Virus record (IMG/VR): IMGVR_UViG_2864926767_000001
Origin: a virus
Strand: one strand, 5' to 3'
DNA length: 64,000 bases
Position 1 is the stretch's first letter; every line of letters begins with the position of its first letter. The position numbers and the translations under genes are program-made. Shown here piece after piece: positions 18,618 through 31,524 of the stretch. The notes under the pieces are model-generated. The model saw only the letters and a list, made by a program, of their open reading frames with translations. It ran no database searches and was not told where the DNA came from.

Positions 18618-20744
18618 TCAGAACTGAGCAGAATCTTTGTTTGTGCCGGTAACCGTCGCCAGGAGGTTCTGCATCTCCAGGCGAGTTTGTGAGATCGGCC
18701 TTCTCTTGGTCTGAGCAGCTACGCCACGGAACTTGGTGTTCGCCGCCTCCCCTGTCTCAAGGATCGTCTCTTCCATCGCCTGGCGATGGCTTTGCTCTTC
18801 CTGCTGACGCTGGGCTTCGGCAGCGCGCACCTTCTTGGCGTGCTCTTCCTGTCTTTGGTTATGCAGGGCGAGATTGGGATCGTGCAAGTTCGACAGCATC
18901 AATTGCACGGAAATCATCCCTTTGAACTCGTTGATGCTGAGCTGGAAAACTGCCTCGAAGCTGTCTCCCACGGGCATCTGACCGTCGTCTTTGATGGCCT
19001 TGAAGCAAATTGCCCCAAACTGGCGGGCATGAGGGTCATTGGCCAGGGAGACCTTCATGCTCAGATGGTTCTTCATCTCGCCAACCGGACGCTTCTGGTG
19101 GACGATGAACTTCCCGTAGAAGGTCGGCTCCTGGAAGTACTGACCCCACGGGCCCAAGTCGCGGATGATCTCAGCGACCTCAAGGGTCAGCCAATCCGGG
19201 TCGAAGTCACAGGTATCGACATGCACACTGCCGGCAAGCATCTCAGGCGTCACAACGGCGCCGATCTCGCTGTCGAAGACCCTCTTGAACTCGTCCAGGT
19301 GCTTGTACTTGAGGCCAACACCGGCCGCCATGGCGTGCCCGCCAAACTTACCCAGCAGCCCTGGGAACTTCTTGTAGATGTGGTCGAGCACATGCTTGAG
19401 ATGAACGCCTTCAATCGAGCGCGCGCTGCCCTTGATGTCGCATTCGAGCAGGGCCTGGGTGGCAGCTTCGATCTCTTCTTTCGGGGCACCCCTGAGGACG
19501 AGCTTGTCGCGCACTTCGCGTGCTTTCGTGGCCACCTCAGTGTCGGTCATGATGATGTTCGGGCGGTTCGTCATGTCCTTCACACGGGAAGAAACGATGC
19601 CCACGACACCAGGGTGGAACGTCTCGTCGAACACGATGATACCGTTGAGGTTCACCAGCTCGTGACGGTCAATGATCAGCATCGCTTCACGAACGTGGTC
19701 AGCCTCTGCGTCCTTCCGCTCTTCGTTGAGCTCCTGCAGCCGAGCGGCGTAGTTTGCTGCTTCGTCTGGATCTTCAGTCAGCAGGCAGTTGACCCCAAGG
19801 GTCATATCGTCCAGCCGGCCGGCGGCGTTGATACGGGGGCCAATAGCAAAGCCGAAGTCGCTTGCAACAGCCTTTTCAGGATTCTTACCGGCAATCTCGT
19901 ACAGGGCTTTAAGCCCTGGGCGTGCATGCCCTGCCCTAACTCGCTTGAGGCCGGCGTCGACGAGGACGCGGTTGTTGTAATCCAGGGCCACTACGTCAGC
20001 GACCGTGCCCAGGGCGACGAGGTCGAGAAGTCGGCCGATACTGGGCTGCTCCATCTCGAACTCAGTGAAGTAGCCCTTCTCACGAAGGAAGGTGCGAAGC
20101 GCCATGATGGTGCTAAATGCCACGCCGCAGCCTGCCATCGACTTGCTTGGGAAGGGGCAGCCGTCCTGGTTCGGGTTCACGATGGTCTTGCACTCAGGCA
20201 ACAGCCCATTGTCCGCCGGCAGGTGATGGTCGGTGATCAGCAGGTCGCACTTTCGGCCATCTGGATCGTCCTTGTACATCTCAGCAACCGCAGTGGCGCC
20301 ATCAAAGCTGGCGATACCGCTGTCTACCGTAATGATCAGATCGGGCTCCAGCTCAGCGGCCATGGCCACGATGCCCGGCGTCAGGCCGTAGCCATGGGCC
20401 TTACGGTCAGGGATCAGGAACTGGATATCTGTCCTGGTGCCGGCGTAGGACTTCGGGTACATCATCCGCAGCCCTTCAACCATGATGCTTGTGGAGGTAG
20501 CACCGTCACAGTCAAAGTCGCCGATGATCACGATCTTGCTGCGGCGCCTGATGTGCACCTCGAGCAGCTCTGTAGCCAGGCGCATATTCATGAGCAGGAA
20601 AGGGTCGTGCAGGCGCCTCAAGTCATACTCGATGTCGGTGAGCGACGTGACGCCACGGTTGAGCAGAATCCGGTTGATCAACGGATGCTCGTGTAGCTGC
20701 GCTCCTGCGACAGGGGTACGTTCGATGATGGGCTTCTGACTCAT
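18618..20744 (-). CDS. recJ: Single-stranded-DNA exonuclease RecJ
   Basis: GDFDCDGATS, HGYGL, TVDSGI, ITDHH, LGTVADVV, GPRINAAGRL, GSARS, GGHAMAAG. Confidence 0.95.
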   Translation of the reverse strand: MSQKPIIERTPVAGAQLHEHPLINRILLNRGVTSLTDIEYDLRRLHDPFLLMNMRLATELLEVHIRRRSKIVIIGDFDCDGATSTSIMVEGLRMMYPKSYAGTRTDIQFLIPDRKAHGYGLTPGIVAMAAELEPDLIITVDSGIASFDGATAVAEMYKDDPDGRKCDLLITDHHLPADNGLLPECKTIVNPNQDGCPFPSKSMAGCGVAFSTIMALRTFLREKGYFTEFEMEQPSIGRLLDLVALGTVADVVALDYNNRVLVDAGLKRVRAGHARPGLKALYEIAGKNPEKAVASDFGFAIGPRINAAGRLDDMTLGVNCLLTEDPDEAANYAARLQELNEERKDAEADHVREAMLIIDRHELVNLNGIIVFDETFHPGVVGIVSSRVKDMTNRPNIIMTDTEVATKAREVRDKLVLRGAPKEEIEAATQALLECDIKGSARSIEGVHLKHVLDHIYKKFPGLLGKFGGHAMAAGVGLKYKHLDEFKRVFDSEIGAVVTPEMLAGSVHVDTCDFDPDWLTLEVAEIIRDLGPWGQYFQEPTFYGKFIVHQKRPVGEMKNHLSMKVSLANDPHARQFGAICFKAIKDDGQMPVGDSFEAVFQLSINEFKGMISVQLMLSNLHDPNLALHNQRQEEHAKKVRAAEAQRQQEEQSHRQAMEETILETGEAANTKFRGVAAQTKRRPISQTRLEMQNLLATVTGTNKDSAQF

Positions 20745-20811
20745 GAACTACTCTTCAGATGTCACATTTAACTGATTATTGCACGGGAGCACCCGCCGGG
20801 CACCCCTGAGG

Positions 20812-20855
20812 CTGTACCTCAAATCACGGCTAGATCACCGTGATTTGAGGTACAG
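20812..20855. repeat. Perfect 18-bp inverted repeat with 8-nt spacer (two copies of the dispersed motif)
   Basis: CTGTACCTCAAATCACGG-CTAGATCA-CCGTGATTTGAGGTACAG. Confidence 0.9.
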
Positions 20856-20872
20856 ACTCCCCCCTCAAAACG

Positions 20873-20899
20873 AAAACCGCCAGGCAAGCCTGGCGGTTT
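20873..20899 (-). terminator. Terminator after nrdA
   Basis: AAACCGCCAGGC-TT-GCCTGGCGGTTTT on the minus strand. Confidence 0.75.
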
Positions 20900-20912
20900 C
20901 CTTGCTGAGGCC

Positions 20913-23564
<2,652 letters not shown>

Positions 23565-23687
23565 GCTCAACCCTTTTGTGTAAGCGCTGCGACCATCGCA
23601 GGCGCCCTAAGCCCTGCCCGGAAATCCAGGCGAATCATCTCCGCAATATATCACTAAAGGAGTCTCGCTCAGCAACCGCTCAAACCC

Positions 23688-24314
23688 TCACTTAAGCCCA
23701 CGCATTAGGAAGTGAAATGGCTTCCAGACGCCCACTTGAGCATCCTGTGCCCGCTTCTGCGCGGCTTGCAGCTCTGCAGCGCTTGCATGGTCACCGAGGC
23801 CGGCGGGAGCGCCGGGAACGGCGAGGCCCTGCTCCAGCACAGTGACCCCAAGGCTCACACCGTTGTGGTCTACGAAGCTGCAGTACGGCACCACTCTGTT
23901 GCTGTACGCCCCATAGCAGGTGAACTGATACGTGTGCCCGGCCGCCATGGCATCGATCTTGGCTTCAGACTTACCTGCATAGTCATCATTCATCAGGTCT
24001 TTGGAGGTGTCTTCGCCGAGCTGCGGAATCTCCAGGCCGGCAATCCGGATCTGGATGGCCAAGGGATTTTCGCGGTAATTGTTGCTGTGCGAGACGTCCA
24101 GGTACTGCTTTACGGCAGCCCTGCCTTGCGTATCTTCTGGGTATGGGAGCACCCAGTACACCAGGTTCCCGGCCGGCGCCAGTACGTCGCCTATGAAGAC
24201 CAGGGGGTCTTTGAAGGGTTCAGGGTCACCCAAAGGCTCCACCCCAGCCCAAGCAGGTTGGGTGCCGGCGGCTACTGCAATCCCAAGGCATTTCAGGAGG
24301 GTTCTCAACTTCAC
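23688..24314 (-). CDS. Secreted thermonuclease (SNase)-like protein, degenerate active site
   Basis: Signal peptide; IRIAGLEIPQ, VLEQGLA, AQKRAQDAQVGVW resemble SNase-fold motifs; no DGDT. Confidence 0.65.
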   Translation of the reverse strand: MKLRTLLKCLGIAVAAGTQPAWAGVEPLGDPEPFKDPLVFIGDVLAPAGNLVYWVLPYPEDTQGRAAVKQYLDVSHSNNYRENPLAIQIRIAGLEIPQLGEDTSKDLMNDDYAGKSEAKIDAMAAGHTYQFTCYGAYSNRVVPYCSFVDHNGVSLGVTVLEQGLAVPGAPAGLGDHASAAELQAAQKRAQDAQVGVWKPFHFLMRGLK

Positions 24315-24366
24315 AATAAGTACACCCTGCAAAATCTCTAGTGATATGCTCAAAGTTGTCTGACAG

Positions 24367-26748
24367 ATGATCTTAACAATGAATGATATTACTCCACCAA
24401 CCCTTAGTGAAGTTACCGACTTCCCCGAGCTGACAGCCGGGCGAGTTGAGTGGGCTTTTGCTATTGATGTGGGGATTGTCGAAGGCTCTTATAGGATCAA
24501 ACCTCTCCGAGAGATATATACGGATGATCTTCCATCTGTCTCTCTGTTCCACCCTTCCCTGGGCCGGGACGAATGGTTTTCCGCGTGCCTGGACGATGGC
24601 CTGCAGCCCCCGGAGCCCGGAAACTACCTGGCCCTGGTTGAGCCTGCGCCAGCTGGCTCCCCTGCAAGCATCCAGGTGAAAGGCGTCCTCCCACTGGTGA
24701 CCTTTGGGATCAAGGCGTTTGCCTATCAGGCATGTAACTCTCCAAGATTCGCATTCCTTGAAAACCGTAGAATAGACGGATTGAATCGAATCCATGATGT
24801 TTATGATATCTACGGCGAGTTGACGTTTTCCGCAATTGTTGATGCTCCTGAAGTTGTGCAGAGAATTCTCAAGCTGCCCGACTGGAAGATGCGGCGTCTG
24901 ATTAAAGAAGCAACTATCTTGCGCGAGGGGTGGCAGTATATTCGCGTGATGATGCTGAACGGTCTGGACTTTAACGAAGCCGAGCGCTACGTCGATTTTT
25001 GCCGGGGCCAAAACGGCGGATTCAGCAACAGTGCCCCCTTCGACTACACCCGGCGTGCGAAGCTCAAGGCTGGTGTGGAGCGGCAGGTGTTTCATGCGGC
25101 TGGGGTTTTTGATCGTGCCTATGCAGATCCCGCCGGAACTGTCTCGGACTATCTGGATGCGCTCCTCGGCAAACGAGGGCACGCTGCAGAGTCCTTTGCT
25201 TACTGCATCGAGATGGCGTCGACTGCTCTAGACCTCCAGCCTGAGTGGGTTGAAGAGTGCATTCTTGAGCACATTGCCGAAGGCCGCGCCGATCAGCGCC
25301 GGCTTTACGGCGAAGACACCGTATCCCTGGGCAAACTGTACGATGTTGATCGACTGATGGCAGAGACCATCGTCAGGCGCTTCGATGACATCACCTATGA
25401 CATCCCCTTCGAGATGATCGACAACAAGGTTGTGGTCGAAGGGGAGACTCGCGAGCTCGGTGACGAGCAGATGGCTGCGGTCTACCTGGCACTCACCCAG
25501 AAGACCTCGATCCTGACTGGGGGCCCCGGCACCGGAAAAACCACGACTGTTGCTGCGATCACCCAGATGATCAGGCGGATTGCCCCAAAGGGCCGCATCC
25601 TCATGGCTGCACCCACCGGCAAAGCCGCCAAGCGCATGCAGGACTCCACCGGGATCAAGTGCTATACGCTGCACCGCCTGATGGGGCTATCCCCAAACTC
25701 GTCCTCGATGATGAACACCTTCGGCCCCGACGACATCCTGATCATGGATGAACTGGGGATGATGGACTTGCCCCTGGCCGCACGCTGCCTGCACCACTGC
25801 CGAGATCGCGGGCGTGTTCTGCTCGTCGGCGACTTCGATCAGCTGGAGTCCATCGAAGCCGGCTCAGTGCTCAAGGACTTGCTGGATTCCCGGTACATTC
25901 CTGCGGTCAGGCTTACCACGCCCCACCGCTTTGCCCAGGAAAGCGCAATCATCCAGGGTGTCTACAGCATCCTGAACGGCTACATGCCCAAGTTCGACAG
26001 GCCGAACAGCGACCTGCACTTGGTCGAAACCAAGTCCACCCAGGATATCCAATACCAGGTTGGCCAGATCGTTAAGCATGAGATCGAGGTGCGAGGCACC
26101 GACCCGCGAGACATTCAGATCATCTCCGCGAACCGGTATTCCGATGCAGGGGTGACCTCGCTCAACCAGTACATCAAGTCGTTCTTCAACCCCACTGCAG
26201 GGGAAAACGGCGTTAAGCTCGGGCGCATCCAGTACGACATTGGCGACCGAATCACTTTCCAGACCAACCGGTACGACCTCGATCTGCAAAACGGGGACGT
26301 AGGTGTCATCGTTAACTTTGATGAGGCCAACCGCACCGTAGAAATCGACTTCGGCGACCGGCTGCTTAACCTCTCCTTCGACCTTTACCGCGACCTGCTG
26401 CACTCCTGGGTAGCTACATGCCACAAGATGCAGGGGTCAGAGGCGCAGGTGGTGATCATCGTGCTCCCTAAGGAGCATGAACACCAGCTGACCCGCCGTT
26501 GGCTGTTCACCGCGCTTTCTCGCGCCAAGCGTGACGGCTATGTCGTGGGGTCGAGGCAGACCCTCTACAAGGCGATCCAGAACGTCAAAGAGCACGACAG
26601 GAAGAACCACCTGGCATTCCTCATTGCCGAGGGAATTGCTAGTAAAATCAACAACAAACTCTTCCAGGCCCTCGGCAATAGTGGTAATAATCTGGGATTG
26701 AATCTCCTCAGGGGCGCCGATAAGGAATCGACAGTCGCACCCGGCTGA
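24367..26748 (+). CDS. recD2: RecD2-like SF1B helicase
   Basis: TGGPGTGKTT, APTGKAAKRM, DELGMMD, VGDFDQL, HR...S.I, TCHKMQGSE, FTALSRAK; long N-terminal region. Confidence 0.88.
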   Translation: MILTMNDITPPTLSEVTDFPELTAGRVEWAFAIDVGIVEGSYRIKPLREIYTDDLPSVSLFHPSLGRDEWFSACLDDGLQPPEPGNYLALVEPAPAGSPASIQVKGVLPLVTFGIKAFAYQACNSPRFAFLENRRIDGLNRIHDVYDIYGELTFSAIVDAPEVVQRILKLPDWKMRRLIKEATILREGWQYIRVMMLNGLDFNEAERYVDFCRGQNGGFSNSAPFDYTRRAKLKAGVERQVFHAAGVFDRAYADPAGTVSDYLDALLGKRGHAAESFAYCIEMASTALDLQPEWVEECILEHIAEGRADQRRLYGEDTVSLGKLYDVDRLMAETIVRRFDDITYDIPFEMIDNKVVVEGETRELGDEQMAAVYLALTQKTSILTGGPGTGKTTTVAAITQMIRRIAPKGRILMAAPTGKAAKRMQDSTGIKCYTLHRLMGLSPNSSSMMNTFGPDDILIMDELGMMDLPLAARCLHHCRDRGRVLLVGDFDQLESIEAGSVLKDLLDSRYIPAVRLTTPHRFAQESAIIQGVYSILNGYMPKFDRPNSDLHLVETKSTQDIQYQVGQIVKHEIEVRGTDPRDIQIISANRYSDAGVTSLNQYIKSFFNPTAGENGVKLGRIQYDIGDRITFQTNRYDLDLQNGDVGVIVNFDEANRTVEIDFGDRLLNLSFDLYRDLLHSWVATCHKMQGSEAQVVIIVLPKEHEHQLTRRWLFTALSRAKRDGYVVGSRQTLYKAIQNVKEHDRKNHLAFLIAEGIASKINNKLFQALGNSGNNLGLNLLRGADKESTVAPG

Positions 26749-26752
26749 CGAC

Positions 26753-27235
26753 ATGGCGCACAGGGAAGAACTCTACCTGGTCTGGCTATTCCTAGCCGGC
26801 CTCCCCCTCATCTACGTCCTGGACTTTGTCTTCAAATGCCTGTTCGGCACCAGAAGGCGGAGGAAGTACCGTCGTGTCCGCAGGAAAGGCATCTCCGCTC
26901 TCAAATCGATGAGCTGGCAGGACTTCGAGCACTACTGCGCTGAGTACTTCCTGGAGCAGGGCTACAAGGTCAAAATGATGGGTCTGGGCGGCGCCGATGG
27001 CGGGATGGATCTGCTGCTCAAGAAAGGCGGCAAGACTACGCTAGTGCAGTGCAAGCACTGGAAGTCGAAGGTCGGGGTGATGACCGTTCGCGAGATGTAC
27101 GGGGTGATGTACGCCCATCAGTTTGATGCAGTGGCTATCGTGGCACTGACGGGCTTCACCAAAGACGCTCGATCCTGGGTCGGCAACAAGCCCATCAAGC
27201 TCATTGCCGGCCAGGATATCGTTGATAAGCGTTAG
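26753..27235 (+). CDS. Membrane-anchored Mrr-family restriction endonuclease
   Basis: N-terminal TM; SWQDFE..C...F...GY, GGADGGMDL, VQCKHW, VREMYG (Mrr_cat). Confidence 0.85.
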   Translation: MAHREELYLVWLFLAGLPLIYVLDFVFKCLFGTRRRRKYRRVRRKGISALKSMSWQDFEHYCAEYFLEQGYKVKMMGLGGADGGMDLLLKKGGKTTLVQCKHWKSKVGVMTVREMYGVMYAHQFDAVAIVALTGFTKDARSWVGNKPIKLIAGQDIVDKR

Positions 27236-28638
27236 CCGAAGGTTGCCCAGGCGCCGATGGCTGCGGCGATCACTGACAGGCCGGACATGACGGCCAGCGC
27301 TACCTTCATCTGCGCCTGGTAACGGGTCTCGCTCACCAGATCACCCTGTAGACGCTCCACATCCTGCTTCAGGTTCTTGATGGCGGTCTCCATCTGGCCC
27401 TTCAGCTCTTTGTAGCGGCCGGCAGACATGCTGATCTTCATCTGCATCTCTTTGGTCAGGTGAGCATGCTCAGCAACCTGGCCACGCAGCTCCAGAGCTT
27501 CAGCATGGTAGGCCTCGGACGCTGCCTTCGCGATGTTCAGTCGCTCCTGCAGCACAACGAAGTCGCTGGCGTTGAGGCGCTTCTCCATCAGTTCGGCGAC
27601 CTTGGCTTCCATCGAGGCCATTTCTCGGCGGCTGTTGTCGAGTTGCGACTCCAGGTGCGTATTGGCCTCGCGCAGCTCCTGCTCGGTCATCTTAGATCGA
27701 TCCAGCTGCAGGTTCAGCACGCCGATCTGGTCGCGCAGGCTCTGCTCTACCGTTTGAAGACTGACAACACGGGCTTCGGCGTCCTTGAGCTTGGTGGCGT
27801 CGACCAGCTCGCCACTGGCGATCCTGCCCTTGAGGGCTTCCACCTCAGCTCTGGCCAAGGCTGTTTCACCCTTGGCGCTCTCGACCTGGCGCAGCAATTC
27901 TACGCGCACCGCCGCTACAGCATTGGCGATGCTGGCGTCCTGCTCGGCCCGTACAGCCTGGATCTTGCGGCTGGTTTCGCTCTCTTGGCTCTCCATGCGC
28001 AGCGCCATCTCGTGCGTCATGGTCTGGATGCGGTTGGTGCACTCATCTCGCACCTGCTTGAGCTCAGTGCCCAACGTGACCACCTTCTGGGTCTCGTCGG
28101 CCAGCTCACGCATCAGGCCGCGAACACGCGCATCACTTTCGGCGCGGCTGGCGGCATGCTCACGATCCTGCTCGCTGATGCGTCCTTTTAGGATCTTTTG
28201 CACGGTCATGTTGAATTCAGCGGCCGTCTCCGGCAGGCGGCCCAACACGGATGCACAATCGGCAACCTGGTTGTTGATCTCCTGATAGGTCAGGTTGGAC
28301 GGGAGCTGGTAGCGCGTAAAGGCGACCTGTGCAGACGCCTTTTCGAGGAAATTGTTCCAGTCCATGCCCAGGCCACCGTCGGCTTCAGGCATAGTCACCA
28401 GGGCCTGGATGGTCTTGTGGCCGGCGGAGGCGGCGATGCTGCCTTCCTTGGTGGTAGCGCCTTCGGCGAGGATCGACTGAGTGGGAGCGAGGTCGCAAAG
28501 CTTGAGCACTTGCGTGACCTGCATGTCCCACGACATCATCTTGAGCATGTTCTGCGCGGCGACGATCTCGCTGCGCACCGAGGCGCTCTGACGGTGGTCG
28601 GCAATTTGGATAACCGTGTTTTCAGCAGCTTCTGGCAT
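27232..28638 (-). CDS. Long coiled-coil protein with C-terminal membrane anchor
   Basis: ~300 aa of heptad-rich A/E/L/Q/R sequence ending in the hydrophobic VALAVMSGLSVIAAAIGAWATFG. Confidence 0.75.
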   Translation of the reverse strand: MPEAAENTVIQIADHRQSASVRSEIVAAQNMLKMMSWDMQVTQVLKLCDLAPTQSILAEGATTKEGSIAASAGHKTIQALVTMPEADGGLGMDWNNFLEKASAQVAFTRYQLPSNLTYQEINNQVADCASVLGRLPETAAEFNMTVQKILKGRISEQDREHAASRAESDARVRGLMRELADETQKVVTLGTELKQVRDECTNRIQTMTHEMALRMESQESETSRKIQAVRAEQDASIANAVAAVRVELLRQVESAKGETALARAEVEALKGRIASGELVDATKLKDAEARVVSLQTVEQSLRDQIGVLNLQLDRSKMTEQELREANTHLESQLDNSRREMASMEAKVAELMEKRLNASDFVVLQERLNIAKAASEAYHAEALELRGQVAEHAHLTKEMQMKISMSAGRYKELKGQMETAIKNLKQDVERLQGDLVSETRYQAQMKVALAVMSGLSVIAAAIGAWATFG

Positions 28639-28709
28639 GTCGTGGACTCTCTCGGAAGTTCCGGGATTCTCTATTTGGATTTGCCATTCTAGTCAATAAA
28701 GGCAATAAA

Positions 28710-30815
28710 GTGATAGATCCCAAAGACGGACTTCGGATAACTCTCAAGAAATACTTTGGCTTTGACGAATTGCGGCCAGGCCAAGTGCCCATCGTCGACT
28801 CGGTGCTCAACGGTCGCGATATCCTGGCGATCTTGAAGACATCTGGGGGCAAAAGCCTCTGCTACCAGTTGCCGGCGATTCATCTTGGCGGAACCACGAT
28901 TGTTATCAGTCCGCTCATTTCTTTGATGAAAGACCAAGTTGAAGCCCTCGATAAAAAGGGGATTTCAGCAACATTTGCCAACTCGTCAATTCCTGCCGGA
29001 GAAATGAGACTTCGGTATGAGGGACTTTCCAAAGGGAAGTACACCCTCTTTTACATTTCCCCAGAGCGGATGAAAGACCCAGAGTTCCTCGGGGCTCTGA
29101 TCCGGTCACCTGTTCGCGTCTTCGCAGTGGACGAAGCTCACTGCGCCTCCCAATGGGGTCACAACTTCCGCCCTGCCTATGCCAAGGTCGGTGAGTACCT
29201 GGACGAGATCGAGGACTACCTGCAGCGTCCGATCCAGCGCCTGGCGTTCACGGCGACCGCCAACAGCAAGGTGCAGGAAGACATCGTGCGAATGCTGCGC
29301 CTCAAGGCCCCTGAGGTGCACATCCAGGACTTCGACCGGGACAACATCACCTATTCGGTCATCCCTTGCGCCAACACCAACCGCTCGGACGATGTCTTGC
29401 GATTGGTAATGGAACACCCCGAAGACTGCATCATCGTCTACTGCGTGACGGTCAAAGAGGTGGAGAAGGTCTGCCACTACCTGCAGGATTTCGGGGTTCA
29501 AGCGAACCGTTACCACGGAAAGCTCCCCACCGACGAAAAGAACCAGATCCAGGAAGACTTCCTCAACGACAAGATTCGCGTCCTGGTGGCCACCAGCGCC
29601 TTTGGAATGGGTGTCGACAAACCCAACGTGCGCTTGGTAATTCACCCCCAGATGCCGGGCTCAGTCGAGGCGTACTCCCAGGAGTCGGGCCGCGCTGGAC
29701 GTGATGGACTGCCGGCGAAAGCCATCCTGCTCTATCACCCGAATGACCGATCCATCCACGCTTACTTCATCGGGGTGACCAACCCCAATGGCGCCAAGAT
29801 CGAGCCCATCAAGCGGGTTATTGGAAAGATCCTGGTGAATGGGCCCGCGCCACTGAGCTTCAAGCACATCAGCCTGCAGGCCAGCCGGCAGCAGTCGATC
29901 ATCAACTCCGTCCTGGAGGGCCTCAACAGCTCCCAGAGCGACATCAAGATGGTCGACGTCCAGGCCACCGTTGGCATGCTTGTGAACCAGGGTGAACTGG
30001 AGGTCTTCGAGGGGGTGTACACCCTCGCCAATTGGCAGGATGACTCCGACTACTACTGGATCGAGGAAGTACGCAAGAACGACTGGAGCAAGCTCAGTGC
30101 CATGTGCAACTGGTGCGAGACTAACCTCTGCCGGCGCTGGACGATGCTCCGCTACTTCGACGAGCGTAAACCCATCTACCGCTGTGGCATGTGTGACAAC
30201 TGCCAGCGGGAATCACTCTCTCAGCTCGCAATAGGGCCGCTAGAGAAGACGGTACGCACCAGCACCCTGATCAACCTCGCAAAGAACCTGCAGCCTCTGG
30301 TGGGCGCTGAGGGCAGCCGCTGGCTGCACGTATTGCTGGGGACACTCTCTCCCGACGAGCTCACGCCAGGAGAGCAGGAAGTGTTCGGACGATTCGCCTG
30401 GAACGCTGTCTCAGACATTCGCCGTTGGCGGGACATGCTGGTCGAGCGGGAGATCCTCACCCAGGACAACGCCCTCACCGAGCAAGGGCACCTCTGGATT
30501 GACGGCAAACTGGTGATCGAGCCACGTTCTGTACCTCAGATCACGGTTGAAACAGGCCGCATCGTTTCAATCCAGGAGGTTGAGCAACGCATGAAGGTGC
30601 TCAAGGCCTGGCGTAAAGCAACCGCTTACCGCGAAGACTGCGCCGAGATCCAGATTTGCTCCGAAGCCCAGCTCAAGAAGATCGTCGTTCTGGACGATGT
30701 TACGGAGTCCAGCCTGACCGGCGCCGGGTTTAACCCTTCTTGGCTCCGAAAGTATGCTGGAGGGGTGACCTTAGCCATCAGCAAAATTCCGAAGGCCGAA
30801 GATGTATCAGCGTAA
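28710..30815 (+). CDS. recQ: ATP-dependent DNA helicase RecQ
   Basis: GGKSLCYQLPA, SPLISLMKDQV, DEAHCASQWGHNFRP, ATSAFGMGVDK, QESGRAGRDG, CRR...CGMCDNC zinc site, HRDC-like C-terminus. Confidence 0.93.
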   Translation: MIDPKDGLRITLKKYFGFDELRPGQVPIVDSVLNGRDILAILKTSGGKSLCYQLPAIHLGGTTIVISPLISLMKDQVEALDKKGISATFANSSIPAGEMRLRYEGLSKGKYTLFYISPERMKDPEFLGALIRSPVRVFAVDEAHCASQWGHNFRPAYAKVGEYLDEIEDYLQRPIQRLAFTATANSKVQEDIVRMLRLKAPEVHIQDFDRDNITYSVIPCANTNRSDDVLRLVMEHPEDCIIVYCVTVKEVEKVCHYLQDFGVQANRYHGKLPTDEKNQIQEDFLNDKIRVLVATSAFGMGVDKPNVRLVIHPQMPGSVEAYSQESGRAGRDGLPAKAILLYHPNDRSIHAYFIGVTNPNGAKIEPIKRVIGKILVNGPAPLSFKHISLQASRQQSIINSVLEGLNSSQSDIKMVDVQATVGMLVNQGELEVFEGVYTLANWQDDSDYYWIEEVRKNDWSKLSAMCNWCETNLCRRWTMLRYFDERKPIYRCGMCDNCQRESLSQLAIGPLEKTVRTSTLINLAKNLQPLVGAEGSRWLHVLLGTLSPDELTPGEQEVFGRFAWNAVSDIRRWRDMLVEREILTQDNALTEQGHLWIDGKLVIEPRSVPQITVETGRIVSIQEVEQRMKVLKAWRKATAYREDCAEIQICSEAQLKKIVVLDDVTESSLTGAGFNPSWLRKYAGGVTLAISKIPKAEDVSA

Positions 30816-31524
30816 GTTCGCAACCATGGTTGGCTCCCGCGAGACCCCTAATACGCCGGACTATCCCATCGGCACTCTTCTAGGGCGCGCGGCCCATAAG
30901 CTTTTGTACGAGCGTGGCTATGACCTAGGTAGTGGGGGCGCCCCTGGGGCTGACATGGAGGCTCAAAAGGCCCTTGGGGATGACGATGCTATCCGTCAAC
31001 TCATTGAGGATCATCGATTCGATCTGATACTCCCGTACAAAGGGTTCAACGGGAACAAGCATGGCCTGCTAGTTACCGATCCGCTCATCCGAAACCGTTG
31101 TCGCCAGATCCTCATCGAGCAGGTTTACTCAAGGCTCGGGTCAGTCCCTCGGTTCATCTCGCTGAGCGATTCGCAGATTGGCGACGGCCCCGGTCAGGTG
31201 AAGCTAACCGGCAAGGAATCTTTCACACGAGAGGCATTCATCCGCAACGTGTGCCAGGTTCTCCGACGCGATCTGGAAGGGATGACTGACTTCGTTATCT
31301 GCTGGACACCTGACGGCTGTATCGACTTCTCCGGGTACAAGCAAGGGGTAACTGGCGGCACCGGTATCGCCATCCTGCTCGCGGCCAGCTACAACCGCCC
31401 CGTATTCAACTTGGAACGCGATGACCACCGTAGGCGTATCTGCGACTTCGTCGGGATGGATTACTTCGAGCGGCCGAAAGCTGCCCCAGAGCCTGGGGAC
31501 ACTCAGATCGGACTCGGATTCTAG
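30802..31524 (+). CDS. DprA-like / SLOG-superfamily protein
   Basis: VGSRETP, SGGAPGAD, RN..QVL, FVICWTPDG, GGTG.A..LA....PVFNL. Confidence 0.8.
   Translation: MYQRKFATMVGSRETPNTPDYPIGTLLGRAAHKLLYERGYDLGSGGAPGADMEAQKALGDDDAIRQLIEDHRFDLILPYKGFNGNKHGLLVTDPLIRNRCRQILIEQVYSRLGSVPRFISLSDSQIGDGPGQVKLTGKESFTREAFIRNVCQVLRRDLEGMTDFVICWTPDGCIDFSGYKQGVTGGTGIAILLAASYNRPVFNLERDDHRRRICDFVGMDYFERPKAAPEPGDTQIGLGF

Noticed and set aside
23641-23660. NrdR box upstream of nrdA
   Set aside because: Only a half match; better explained as an extended -10-like TGATATATT, also seen at ~50270.
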